Of a DNA stretch of 64,000 bases, positions 1 through 12,871 are shown in pieces. Source of the stretch: Zygnema circumcarinatum SAG 698-1b (taxonomy: Eukaryota; Plantae; Zygnematophyceae). Location: positions 1 through 64,000 of the forward strand of contig CM074820.1 in NCBI GenBank assembly GCA_037447605.1. Direction: 5' to 3'. The notes below the pieces were generated by a model. That model was not told where the DNA came from. It did no database searches and was given only the letters and a program-made list of their open reading frames with translations. Position numbers and translations under genes: made by a program. Numbering within the stretch: the first letter of the stretch is position 1; every line of letters begins with the position of its first letter.

Positions 1-1215
1 GGGCCATAAGGAATACAAAGAGGCCCTGGGAGCCTAAGGCCACAAAAAGGAGCCTGAGGCCACCAAGGCCTGAGGCCACAAAGAGGCCTAAAGGGGCCTA
101 AAGGGCCACAAGAGGCCCTGAGGCCCTGGGCCGCAAGGGCCACAAAGACCTAGGGCTACAAAGGGCCATAAGAGGCCACAGAGGCCACAAAGAGGCCACA
201 AAGAGAGGGGCCACAAAGGAGCCCTGAGGCCTAAAAGAGGCCACAAAGGGCTACAAAGAGGCCACAAAGAGGCCCTAAGGAGGCCATAAAGGGCCTAAGG
301 AGGCCCTGAGGCCTGAGGCCACAAAGGCCACAAAGAGGCCACAAGGAGGCCACAAAGAGGCCACCTGAGGCCTGAGAGGCCCTGAGGCCACAAGGAGGCC
401 ACAAAGGCCACCAGGGCCACAAGAGGCCCTAAGGCCACAAGGCCTAAAGAGGCCACAAGGCCTGAGGCCACAAAGGGCCCTAAGAGGCCACAAAGGGCCA
501 CAAAGGGCCATAAGGCCACAAAGAGGCCACAAGAGGCCTGAGAGGCCACAAGGGCCGCAAGGGCCACAAAAAGGAGGCCACAAAGGAGCCCATAAAAGGG
601 GCCACTAAGGAGGCCACAAGGCCACAAAAGAGGCCACAAGGCCTGGGAGCCACAAAGGCCTGAGGCCTAAAAAAGGCCACAAAAGAGGCCTAAGGGCCCT
701 AGAGGCCTGAGGCCACAAGAGGCCACAAAGAGGCCACAAGAGGCCACCAAGGCCACAAAGGCCCTGAGGCCACAAGAGGCCTGGGGCCACAAGGCCCATA
801 AGAGGCCACAAGAGGCCACCAAGGCCACCACCAGGAGCCCTGAGGCCACAAAGGAGCCCTGGGGCCACAAAGAGGCCACAAAGGGCCACAAAGAGGCCAT
901 AAGGAGCCCTAAAGGAGCTAGAGGCCTGGGGCCTGGGAGCCACAAGAGGCCACAAGGCCACCAAAGAGGCCACAAAAGAGGCCACTCAAGGCCACAAAGG
1001 AGCCACAAGAAGCCACAAAGAGCCTAAAGAGGCCTAAAATTACATAAAGAGGCCACAAGAGCCTGAGAAACGGCCCTAAAGGAGCCCTAAGGGCCTGGAG
1101 GCCACAAGAGGCCTAAAAAAGAGGCCTAAGGGCCTAAGAGGCCACAAGGCCTAAAGAGGCCTAAAGGCCACAAAGGAGCCTAAGGCCACAAAGAGGCCAC
1201 AAAGAGCCCTAGGAG
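1..1215. repeat. Degenerate minisatellite built on GAGGCCACAA / GGCCTGA / GGCCTAAA units, runs off the window start
   Basis: GGCC core recurs about every 7-12 nt with ACAA(A), TGA, TAAA, ATAA and CTAA variants; strongly T-poor on the + strand. Confidence 0.95.
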
Positions 1216-1416
1216 CCATAACTCTTGCTTGACGGGTCGCTGACGTCTGGAGGCGACGTTGAGGGCGCTCGCGTGCGTGACGCCCATGGCGACAAGGCGG
1301 GGCACGATTCACTCCCTCGGCGGATTTGCTGCCGCGCTTTTCAGCAAAACCGAAACGCGGGCCTCCGACCCCTGCACGTTTCGAAGCAATTCCGGGGGTG
1401 GGGACATTTTGCTGTA

Positions 1417-2193
1417 GGGTAGTGATATTTCCACCCTTTTGGATCCAAAACACCCCTTCCCGGCCGGGCGAGATTTCAAAAGGATTAAAACGGAAAATGC
1501 TTTTCACCTTTTGGAATCGATACCCCCTCCCTGCATCGGCAGATTTTATTTTTTTGCAGAAACAAGGGAAATAACCCAAAATGCCCCATTTTGAATATCT
1601 CGCCTACCTGATTTTTTTTTCACGCGTGCGGTCAATCACAGCCGTCGATTCCCTCGCAGATCGCAACACGGCAGATCACTATTTGCCCTGCAGCCGGGCT
1701 CGGTCACAGCGAATGGCACGTGCCCACGTATCCCGCCAAACTCGTCTCAACATTTTGTCCGTACAAATGTCGTACGGTCGCAACTTTGAGGAACCCAATA
1801 TTTCGTACATTGAGAGCTTGGACCAATCAAAGTTTTCCACGTCAAAATATTAACACGTGGCAGATGTTGATTGGCTGAGAGATGACAATGGCACGAGATC
1901 TCGGGCCGAGGGCACGCGCGCACTCGCACGTGCGATCCGGCTTTGGCGGGACTCGTGGGCGCTTTCCATTCGCTAAGATCGAGCCCGGCTGCAGATCGAA
2001 CGGTGATCTGCAGTGGTGCGATCTGCGAGGGAAATNNNNNNNNNNGCAAAAATAAAATCAGCCGACGGAAGAAGGTGGGTATCGATTCCAAAAAGGTGTG
2101 GAAAAAGCATTTTCCGTTTTTAATCCCTTTTGAAATCTGCCCGGCCGGGAAGGGGTGTTTGGATCCAAAAAAGGGGTGGAAATATCACTACCC
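1417..2193. mobile_element. Non-autonomous long-TIR (Mutator/foldback-like) element
   Basis: GGGTAGTGATATTTCCACCC at 1417 is the reverse complement of GGGTGGAAATATCACTACCC ending 2193. Imperfect inverted homology extends about 1417-1740 vs 1940-2193 (right arm has an N gap). Core about 200 bp, no transposase; flanks TTGCTGTA / TTTTTGTA are only an imperfect TSD. Confidence 0.8.
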
Positions 2194-3709
2194 TTTTTGT
2201 AACCTATTTCGTAGTACGGACGGGACATGACAGGTTCGGGGGAGCCGCGGTTTCCGTCCCGAAACCTGGAAACGAAATCACTACCTTTCCGTATATAGGG
2301 AATCTTTGAATTTCGTAAGCGATGGTCAAGGTCTGACTCTCCCTATTAGTTGCCATTGATTTCATGTGTAAATGATCATATTCCTTCCCCAGTTTTGGAG
2401 ACGACATTTTAAGGCGTGAATCCTTCTCCCATAGCTCCCAAACCTACCGACGTAGAAGGAACCATACCTGCACCTACCCCTCCCACAGCTCCAGTAGAGC
2501 CTCCCTCAGCTCCCACCCCTTGTTCACTACGCATACCCTACCGTATACCAAAATTTCCATTCCCTTTGTCCGAATAAATTGTTTCCTGACGATGGTTTGT
2601 AACGGTCACATGTTTTATGGACGCCGACTTCCTGCTATTCTCACCTTCCAATAAGACCTGGCGTTCCTGGTTTTGCTTTCAAAGCTTAAGTAATCACTTT
2701 GCAGGTAAGATTGCCATGTCAAGGTAAGATTTGGCCACTGCATGGCTACAGTCCCTTTTGGAATTCACGCGTCCACAACATGCCACCATGCCAGTGCAAG
2801 TTAAACCTCCGGCATGTAGCCAGTTCTCGTTAACTAACGCAATCGCAATATTTAACTTCTGCTTCAAAAACTGAATCATACGATCTGACGCTGCTGCTGA
2901 AGGCCACCAATGACAGCAAGATGGAGGCACACATCGGTTCGTCAATAGATTTGCAAGCCTTCACAACGACAGTAGTGCGTGTTGATAAACGGAAAAACTC
3001 TTCTCCACCATCCCTTACGGCCCAACGCTAGACCTTGGCTGGCAGTGATATGCAGTCTCGAAAACTGCAGGGAAGTCACGTGCCCCAGCAAAACCGTGAG
3101 GCCCCAGCTGAGGCCTATGCTATCAGCACCAACTGCAGAAAGAAAGGATTGAAAAACATGATTGCACGCCGTCCCCAACAGCAAAGTGGCCAAGTGCCGC
3201 AAAGCAGCAGGTTAATCCTTCACGTCCCTTCCGACGAAGACAAATAACAACTGCTGACAATAGAGCAGTCCTCTATCCAATAGCTCACTGTCCAGACTGT
3301 TCCCTTTCTTACATATCCAATACCGACCCGTGATTAAAACTGCCTGCTCAAAAATAGCGTATGTTGTAACCACATTTTGACTATTCTTCACCTAGCTGGA
3401 TGGCTGCCGTCCAGCATTTCACATACCACACGCTTAGAACCTACCTGGCTTATTGATTCCTCCATCCCTGTCAGTTCCTGCAACTTTTCTCCTCACTCTA
3501 TCGCCAAGGGAAGTGCTGACAAGCCACACTTTCCAGGTAAACCTGTCGACGGTAGTAAGATTCTGGCCTCGTCAACTTTCTCAGGTGTCGATAATGAGGA
3601 TACCACATGCCTCTGCGATGGAGGCCCACTTGACAAAAGAACGAGGAGGCCAAGCTCTCATTGTCTCCGAAGGAAAATGGGTTCTCACACCGCACTTTGC
3701 TTGGTAATT

Positions 3710-5623
3710 CTAAGAGAAGCGGCCGCGTCCTGGTGCTTTATCCTGTGCTACACTAACTCGAATGGTTCTGCCATCAACCTCCTGCAAAATCCACAAGCGC
3801 AAAATCTCAGCCTTGAAAACTTCTCGTAAAAAACATTTGAGAATCGTAAAACAAATGTAACACCGTATTGCAATAACTGGCAGGAGCCTGCTAACTGGAT
3901 TCAAATTTCCAAAGTCGTGTGCACTAAACAGTGCCCTGTAACCAATTTGCATGAGTAGAGCCTAAGAGTCAACAAAGCAAACATGACAGAGAACTGTCGG
4001 TAGAATCACTCACCACGCCGTCCAAAGCATTCACAGCTTCGTTGCCTTCCTGAGATGAGCCAAATGTCACAAAGCCAAAGCCCCTGGACTTGCCGGTTTC
4101 CCGGTCCATCACCACCTTGGCCTCCATCACTTGTCCGAACTCGGAAAAGAGATCGGCGAGCCCGTAGTCGTCCATGCCCCAGGACAAGTTGCCAACGTAG
4201 AGCTTGTTGCCAGAACCTGGAGTTCCTGCGGGAGGGGCTGACCTGGGAGGTCTTTCAGTGCGAGCTGGCCGATCATTCCTAGCAACGGGAAAACCAACTC
4301 TCAATGTCCTGCCTCCAAGTTCCTGCGTATCAATTTAGTACAAACAATTGCTTGAGAGCCGACATTGGAGCAGACGAATCATGCAACAAGAATAAGATAA
4401 GCCCTGGATCCCTAAGGAGGTCCAGAAGACAAAAACGTGGTGGCAGAGACGGTTGGTCGCAACAGAAGAAGGAAAATGTCAAGCATTTTACAAAACTCCA
4501 GATGCCACGGCCAGCTTTTAAAGTAACGACAGATAGGACAACAGGGTGAGTTAACGTATGAGTCATGTAAGCAACACTCAGAAATTTGCCTTGAGCCGTT
4601 CTCAGTTAAATTTACAAAAGCGGCAAGAACCTTCGAAAACCTCGTCAATTGCAGTAAAGAAACATGAATCACTCAAAAAGTTTGAAATAAAAACCATGTA
4701 AATGTAAAAGACATTCCAGAAAGCAGGACGACGACAAAATCTGATCAAATGTTCAACTTTGAAATCACATTCAGCCCGGCATTGACGAGATGCGGACAAC
4801 ACTCAAGTAAGCGGGTCCAGCCGCACTGCATTGACAGAAGGAGCAGCTACTACCTCCTGCCAGTCACAAAACTCACCCTTCCGTCCAGCCTGTCGATGGC
4901 CGCTTCCGCATCTTCTGGAGTAGCCATTGTGACGAATGCAAACCCGCGGCTCCTTCCAGTTTCCCTGTCATATATCACCTGTGCAGGACAACCAACGGAG
5001 AACGAGCTCAAGACTGTCAGCATGAACTCCTTTCACGGGTCTGCAGGCACAAAAGCGTGTATAATCCGACACGTGTATCGCACTGGCATCTAAAGCAACT
5101 TGAAGTTAACGTGGACAAAAGAATACACTAATGTGCTCTAGGAACTAGTTCAAGAACCACGCAAAGAGCCAACCAAACACGACGAGAAACACCACGGCGT
5201 TGGAAAGGTGCAGGCTCCGTGAATTGTGCAACTCACATCTACTTGGTCCACGACGCCAGCATCCGAGAAATATTGAGCGAGTCCTGCGCTGTCAATGTTA
5301 AACGGCAGGTTGCCAACATAGAGCTTGGTACCAGCGTCTGGCGCAGAAGGAGGAGCGTCAGCGTAATCCAGCTCCTCCTCTACTTCAGAAGCGTGCACTG
5401 CTGTGAAAACGCGCCTACCGGACACAGGCTGTCCCAAATGCGCAGCCCTAAGTGCCTCTCCTGCAAGAGCAGGCACCGAAAAAACTCCCATGGAGGGCGG
5501 CAGAAGGCGGGCAGGCGCCTTGACGGAAGGAAAGGATAGTTCCAGGCGTTGCACAGGGGAAGCAGCGGCACGGCTGCTGCTGGAGAGTGCCACGGAGGAG
5601 CAGGCGGCGGCCATGGCAGCCAT
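3710..5623 (-). CDS. Chloroplast RNA-binding protein (cpRNP, CP29/CP31-like), two RRM domains, 4 exons
   Basis: Exons 5623-5237, 4978-4877, 4322-4014, 3781-3710 with GT-AG junctions. Ser/Ala-rich transit peptide; RNP2 motifs KLYVGNLPF and KLYVGNLSW; RNP1 motifs RGFAFVTM and RGFGFVTF; ends [20 protein letters not shown]. Confidence 0.93.
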
Positions 5624-6505
5624 GGCTGTCGATCCTGCGGGGGAGAGGGCGGGGCGCAGAGACAGCGGCAGAGAGCGATGGAGGCGGCCGGAGAGCTGGA
5701 AGGGGTTTCCGCGACGCCGCGCGCGCCTTTCAGGGCCGGCCCTCCGCCCGCCGCGATGGATGCGCCGCCGATCGGACGGCCACGCACGCGCCCGCCCGCC
5801 CGCCCCGCGGATAACGTCCACGAAGTCCCGGCGCCGTGCTGTACGGATACACGGCGGTACGGCAGGGGGAGGGCCGCCGCCGCGCTCCGACAATGGTTGG
5901 CGCGCACTCGCTGCTTGGTGCTCCCGCAGGCCCAAGGCCCAAAGGAGAGAGGGAGAGGCGTCAGGCGTGTGCCCTGTGGCCAGAGAGGGAGTTACGTGGC
6001 GCATGCAACTCAAACGCGCAGTGCGCTCAATGCCATCTTCGAGTCTCCCTCCTCGTAGCTCCAATGCAACGTACTACGTTACAACGAAAAGTGGAAGAAT
6101 GGAATGGAAGTGGCGTTGAAATCTGGCGGGGCCATCAAATGTACATAGACAAAATCAACAAGGGGAACCACGAGGAACTGGTCGCAAAGGACCTAAGGAC
6201 AAAAGAAAAAAGGTGAGAGCGAAAAAATCCTCTTATTAGAGCGCAAATTGTGGTGTTGATGCCCAGTTCATATAGAGTACTCCTTGTCATACAGATAATT
6301 CTACAAAGCACGATTTCCGCTTCTCTTCATTATGCTATACCTGTGAGGCATACATTTGCTACGCGGTTACAAACGATTTCTAATCTCCGGTGAGCTGTTG
6401 AAGGCTCTGCAATGGTACACTCGTGCTGTGGGCGAATGGCTTTGCAAAACTCGCTGGAAGCGAGCCACAGCGGGCTGGCTCGCCGCGGCCTTCCCTTCCT
6501 TCCTC

Positions 6506-9500
6506 TCACGAGGGCGGGGGCGTGGTCCACGCCTTGGCCGCAGGCGCTGTGTCGTAGATGATCTCGCGGTGCGACGACCACACCAACCGGATGGCCTCGG
6601 GCGTCCCAATGCCCGCAGCTCGCGGGTCGCCAGCCGGCCCAAACCTGCGTCCGTCCCTCCCTCCCTCCTTGTCAGCTGTTAGCATGCGGCCGCTGTGAAG
6701 ACCGGTGAACAGCGCGCAATAGAAACTGGTGGAGGAAGTCACCAGTGATTTTGAGGCGCCCCCGTTGTGCGAGCCCGTATTCCTGCATATGTCGTTCCGT
6801 TGATGGTGGAGCTGAGTACATGCTGCAATTGCGAACAAAGGCCGCCCCCCCGCCCCAAAATCAGCAGTCCAAACTCAAACTAGTATTGTTGCGCCGTCCT
6901 CCTTTTGCAACGATGGCGAAGAGAGGTCAGAGGCAAGCCATTGCCTGCAGGAATGGAATGTTGTTCGAAACGACGGCAGCTGTTAAGTGCGCATGCATCT
7001 TCTCAGTGGCTTCCAATACAAGAGGCAAATCATCGTCACTGTACTCCGTCAGAATCTGCACACTCGATGGTTCCGCAGCCAAATCAAGAATGATGTTAGT
7101 GCATACAGTCGACAGGCAGTCACGCACAGGACTGTTGGGTGGGTGCCTGCTCGCGTAAGCTAGCTGACTGGGTATCCACCTAGCATTCTCAGGTTACTGG
7201 CCCCAATTTTTTGTGAGGAAAAATGGAACCGGATTTTAGGGTTTGTAGGGTGTTGAAAAAGAAAAAAAAAACGAAAGTCAAGTAGTAGCAACTGGTAGAC
7301 TTTTCACAGAACAGAAGTGAGCAAAGAGCTGCTGAGAGTTGGGCCTGCTATGGCAAGCGCCTGCTGAAACATTTCTTTAATTCTGCACAGGCCCTCACCT
7401 GGAATGGTCCAAAAATTTCAGTGGTCACAAGTTCAAACGTCTCCTTGTTACGTAGAATCTCCTTCAGGGGCACAAACACAGCCGTCGGTTCTAATGCCCC
7501 GTATACACTTGGAATCGTGTGGTTGGCCAGAGGTTTCCCTCCGAACTCCAGACGAGCGGCAGGAATTTGCAAGAGGGCACGTACGTGCTCAAGCATGCGG
7601 TCTGTTGTAACCTGCCCAAATGTCCGGTTCCTTTCTAAGTCATTAGAGGTGCATGTCGGTCTTCTACTTAAGTTGTGCCTTGTGCATGGGCTGCTAAGTT
7701 GTTCATATTCTGTGAATCTAATAACTAGAAGCAAACCTTTGACATCAGTGCCAACACCCATGTAGGACATAGGTCTACACACAAAGCATTCAACATCGTC
7801 CAAAACCCTGAGCTCTTAACCTCACAGAGCAAGCAGTGCTACCCAGACTTGCGCTCCTGGAGCCTACCGTGAGCACAGGTCCAATTGTGAGATCCTCCAG
7901 CCTACGCCGTCCAGCGAGCATCCTCAAGCGCTCCACAAAGCCGGCTCGGACCCACTCCTGCTCCCGCAGAGTGCTACCACCCTCCATCAGCCACACCAGT
8001 CGCACCTCGCCGTCCTGTAGGAATCACTGTGCCCCTCGCCATGGCCCTCTCTAGAAAAAACTCCGAGGAGTTACTGCCAGGAACCCCAGAAAGGAAACCT
8101 TGGGAACGTAGAAAGGCTTGAGTTAAACGTTCGCTTGCCTGGTGCATGAAGAGAATTGACTGTGCTGAGCACTTTTGCCCGCTGCATGCGTACGCGTCTT
8201 GGTCACAGACCCATGCCACATACTCCGCCTGACAAGCCGAGAGCCATCACCATTAGCAAGTAAAGGAATGAAAAAATAAATGGGACGGATGGCTACTGCA
8301 GAAGTGCATCAACGTGACTTGTTCAATACTGAGGGGAAAGATGGGATGAATGATGACTTTCAACATTTTCCAACAAATGCTCAAGCACTACATCCTCAAA
8401 ATCGATGCCCTTGTCTTCTTAGGACTCGTAGGGGGTTACCAAGCAATTTTACAAGTTTTTTTTCTATTCAAGAAAGTTGTTCAAGCCAAGCAGTCGTCAG
8501 TCAGTCTCTCCATGTCCCAGTTCAGACTCAAGGTTCATTTGTGCTAAGCGCCCAATGGGTCAAATAAGCAACCTTCCATATTGGTATGGCGAGGATGCTA
8601 GATTTATTCTCATCCTCTGCGCAAAGAGGCACTCACATCTTCAACATCTGGTCCCAAGATTTTCCAGTCAAACCCAGCATCTTCAAGCTTGCAGCGGCCG
8701 CGCAAGTCGGCGGCAAGCTTTTCCGCAACTCGGGAGCTGCCAGTGAAAAGAGTCATTTTCGGCTGGGCCTGTAAATCCCTTATCCCCGGCTTCATTCAGC
8801 GGTGTAGACTCTCCTTTCGAATTGCGCCACACACTTCAAAGTGCATCCCGGGATCTGTAAGCACGCACGAAGAAATGGTGTACTAGAGCACACCTGCATC
8901 AGAAGCTGGTGCATTGTCGTTCCACTGCTGTGAATCAGATCCGCATCCTCGACAGGCATCCCACAGCTGTGCAGCAGCCGCATGAATTGCTCTAACACCA
9001 CACTCACCTGTTCAAATGTTGGCACATTCAGATAGTTACCTTCTGTATTCTTCAAAGAGGGTAAGGCTAGTTATATCTGCTGCCTGCAACAAGTGAAATC
9101 GCACTCTAACACCAAGCCCAAGTGGATTGTGAAGCAAACGTTCTACCTTGCTGTCAGACTTCACCACGGGTTTATTCCCCATGTAAAGTGCACCCATGAG
9201 CTGCAGAGCTGGGATTTCAAGTGGGAAATTGAAGGGAGTGATAATTGCCACCTGTCACAAAAAGAAAATACTGCTGAGTCGCTGCTTATGCCTGCAAAGC
9301 AGAAAGCCAGAGGTGACAGATGACTGCAGTTGACCAAATAATGCACGGACGTTTCCAAAGGACTGCCGTAGCTCCAGGAAAATGTTGTCCTCAACCATTT
9401 TCCCGGGATGTAGAAACATCATGAAAAAGATGTAGATCTCAACTTGCTAATGCGCCGCTGGAACACAGGCATGGAGACCGTATCAAATCAACTGTAATGA

Positions 9501-12500
9501 ATCCATACCCGTGCTTCGGTTACACTCTCGAAACTTCCACCTTTTGACAACTGCTTGACATCAATTTACAGCAGTCAATTGCAAATTGCAGACACTTCTA
9601 ATCGTCACGAAAGGTAACATAGAATTCATAAACGCGAGTTGATATCTCGCCTAACTGACACAACTGAAAAGGGGTTCATGAAGCACTCCTTTTCCGGACT
9701 TCAGGGCAATAAGAATGGAAAAAACGCTGCCGTGAGCATGCCCACGAGCAGCACCGGACCGAGCGAGACAGGTCTCCACGCACCGGGCCGTACGGCCAGC
9801 GAAGCCCCGTGCTCTGCTGCCCCGCATGGCTGCCCGGAACAGCGAAAGAGCGCGCCAAGAAGCGAACCTGCGACAGGCCAACCGTCTGCTTATGTTGGCA
9901 GTCCTTTTTCACGCATGTCCAGCTTTTCACATGCAAAACTGAAAGTGCATTTGCTCATCGGATATCCGTAGACCACCCCGGTTTACACTCTTCACAATAC
10001 TTCTTCACAACCAAACATACGTCCATTCTAAAGGTTTTCACGTTTAACATTTCGCAGGCCTATCTTCACAACAGTCATGTTTTTCTTCATTTCGGATCAC
10101 ATTCTTAGAAATCCTTATCTTCGTCCAAGTACGGAGGCGTTATGGACAGCCACTTCCCCAAAAGCCTCCTCTGAGCCATGCTTCAATTAACAAATATAGA
10201 AGGTCGACAAATAGAAAATGAAGCTGGACAGCACCTGATCGCCTGAAAAATTTTCGAGGAACTGCTCTGTCACAGTCACTTCTGCCATAGCCTGCGCCGA
10301 GCTTTTTGGCGAGACACGTTGAATGAGGCGAGCAAAGAAGTCAGCCACCTGTTTATGCAAACCCAAGAGCACAATCCGTAAAATTCTTCTTCCCTGCCAA
10401 CTTGTAATTTTAACTCTCAGAAACATCTCGACAAGAGTGGCCTGGCTGAAAACTTGAGCGTATCCAAACGTGGTAACAACAGGTGGGCGTGTAAGCCAAC
10501 GAACTTGCATCTGACAGCCTAATCTGCTGGATGAGCGCCAAACCTCGGGTCTACGGAGGGCAGCTGCAGCCCGTGCTGAAACGGCACCATAATGTACATA
10601 TCTGCGATAGCATTAGGGTAACCCCAACCCATGGACGCCTCCAACTGAGTTTATACTCCTCCCACAGGCATTTGATTCGGATTTGTGGAAAAGTTGTAAA
10701 TAACGTGGAAGAAAAGTTCATGGAGTTCGATCAAGCAAAATAATGGGTACAGCAGCTCTTCTACCCCAGTATGGACCCAAACACAGACATATTGCACAAC
10801 TTCCTAAAACAATTGAACAGTGCATCAAGCAATTTGCAAAGTCCATGCTATTGGCGAAAAATAACATCGTTTATCTCCTTTTGACATTCGCCAAAATCGT
10901 TGAATTTGCAAATTGCATCATGCAATGTCAGCAACATGCGTCCTGCAACTTTAAAAAAGAATTTGAAACGACGGCAACATCAGCAATAACGATGACAAAT
11001 CCCAAAGGTTGTTAGCGCAAGATATCGCACACATAGCAAGCTTCCAGTTGAACTTGACCAAAGTGCACAAATAGAATTGAAACGAACGCCATTTGCACGT
11101 TGTAAAGCTACTCGTGTACGCTGTTCAAAGTAAACATACGGAAGGCCATTGAAGAAAAGTGAAGCAATGTAATGCAGAACAAGAAAAACAAATCTGCCAA
11201 TATCACGATTGCCAATTGTGGATGATTTTCTGATCACCTAGATGCGACCAATGCAAGGTTAACGGAGTAATCGAGTGCTCTACATCCTAACAAGGGCACG
11301 GTTGAAGAAATCGCGTAACAAAACGAACACATACAGGTGCTAGAGTCATTCTGCTCTCCAACATGAAGTGATCGAGGTGCAGACGTAACTAGTTAAGGTT
11401 GACAAATTGACCACAAAAGAACGCCGGAAACTGCGTCGTTTGACTATGTAACAGAATCTTTTATAGGAAATGGTTCAAAAGGTGGTCTGCTGTTACAGAG
11501 CCATTCCCTTATAAAAAAACAAGAGAATAAGCAAATGGAAACATTCTTCAACGTTTACTGCAATTACCTCTCAGGATTCTTGAGAGGGTTATGGAGGCCT
11601 GACTTGGAGCAAGCTTGCAAGCTGCGAACAAATGGCTGCCCTCCCCAGCCTCTCGTGTGAGGGACAGGATGGTCCTAGGGTTGCAAAGCACTGGCCTTGA
11701 ACTGAAAAACACTCTGAATTTGAAAAAAAAAAAAAAAGCAATTTACAACTGGCGGACGAATCAGTAAAAGGTTACAGATAACAAGTCACCTGCAGCTCGT
11801 CCAGACTGGTGTCCGGGACTCGCATAAAGACCTTTCCATTCAATGGATCGACTATTTTCTCCTCCGCCTTTGTACTTTTCCAACCTCCTTCAACTGTCCA
11901 TCCGCAGCAATTGAGCTGCACTATTGGTAAGAGAGACTCCCTTCTAATCTGCTTCCCATACAAAATGTAAGCGACAAAAAAAAAAGGGCAAGCCGATAGT
12001 AGTGAGCGCTACAAAGCGGTAGTGAGCTGTTGATACATATTAGAGCATGGTGAAGGAAAGGATTCCAGGGAAAAAAAAATTGGCAGTGAGAAGATTACTA
12101 CGTCCTGTGGAATTCAGCCAAAATGCAACGCTTCAAAAAAATTACTACAGTTATTATTACAGTTGTTCTAAACTTAACAAAGGCCGTGCCTGTTTAAACA
12201 GTAATAGCTTTATTGCGACAGCCTGGTGTCTCTGGTGCGGAACACAGCATAACTAGAGAAGGGAATGCATTCAGACCGAAACAGGCACGAAAGCATGTGT
12301 GAGCGCGAGGGAGGCGAAGAGAATTCTATGGCTTGTTGAAATCTTACCAAGGTTAAGCACCTTTGCAGGCCTCTCCTCACTGACTTCAACCGGGTCCAAA
12401 GTAGCGAACGCCAAAGCAGCACTGCTCAACCTGCCATAGCATCTTTCCGATATTCCTTTACACATAAGCTAACTGATGGTGGCGCTCATCTTCCTGGAAA

Positions 12501-12645
12501 CTAGAATTGAAATAAGTTCCTCATGCGAACAACTGCTCCCTCGCAAAACAAAAAACCGATAGTGTGTGAATTACCGGCTTTCAGGACTCCATCTGTAGCC
12601 ATAACCGAACGAATGGCGACACCGTGTTGCCGTGGAGCGCAGCAT
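6506..12645 (-). CDS. ALDH12A1: Mitochondrial delta-1-pyrroline-5-carboxylate dehydrogenase (P5CDH), about 15 exons
   Basis: Exon peptides FATLDPVEVS, DPLNGKVF, NFSGDQ|VRFLARSFAVPGSH, AIITPFNFPLEIPALQLMGALYMGNKP, LFTGSSRVAEKL, KLEDAGFDWKILGP, CDQDAYACSGQKCSAQS, EIFGPFQ, GAPQNHW, GDPRAAGIGTPEAIRLVWSSHREIIYD match plant ALDH12. Start ATG 12645 is inferred. Confidence 0.95.
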
Positions 12646-12871
12646 GATGGCAAAAGAGCGATAGAGGGGAGAAGTAAGAGGGGATTGGGAAGAACGGAGA
12701 GGGAAAGGGAGCAAGAGAGAGCGAGGAAGAGGGAGCGGAGAACGAGGCAAGAGGGCGCGAGAGCGCCAGTGGGACGCCACGTCGGCCAAAAGCGCACCGA
12801 CAAGAGCGAGGGCGAGGGCGAGCTGCCTGTCTGCTCGATCACTCGCGTGCTCTGAGCACGGCCAAGTCGCG
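12646..12871. promoter_or_regulatory. Candidate bidirectional promoter between ALDH12A1 and the GH79 gene
   Basis: Divergent start codons only about 226 bp apart; GA-rich leader and a CCACGTC G-box-like motif near 12777. Confidence 0.55.

Noticed and set aside
231-1008. Leu/Trp/Pro-rich ORFs, and a possible CRISPR-like reading of the repeat
   Set aside because: These are translations of the minisatellite; there are no unique spacers or constant-length repeats, and the context is eukaryotic
2410-3700. Pro-rich short frame near 2420-2575 and ORF 3377-3829
   Set aside because: No recognisable domain or consistent exon structure; the ORF overlaps the 3' end of the cpRNP gene
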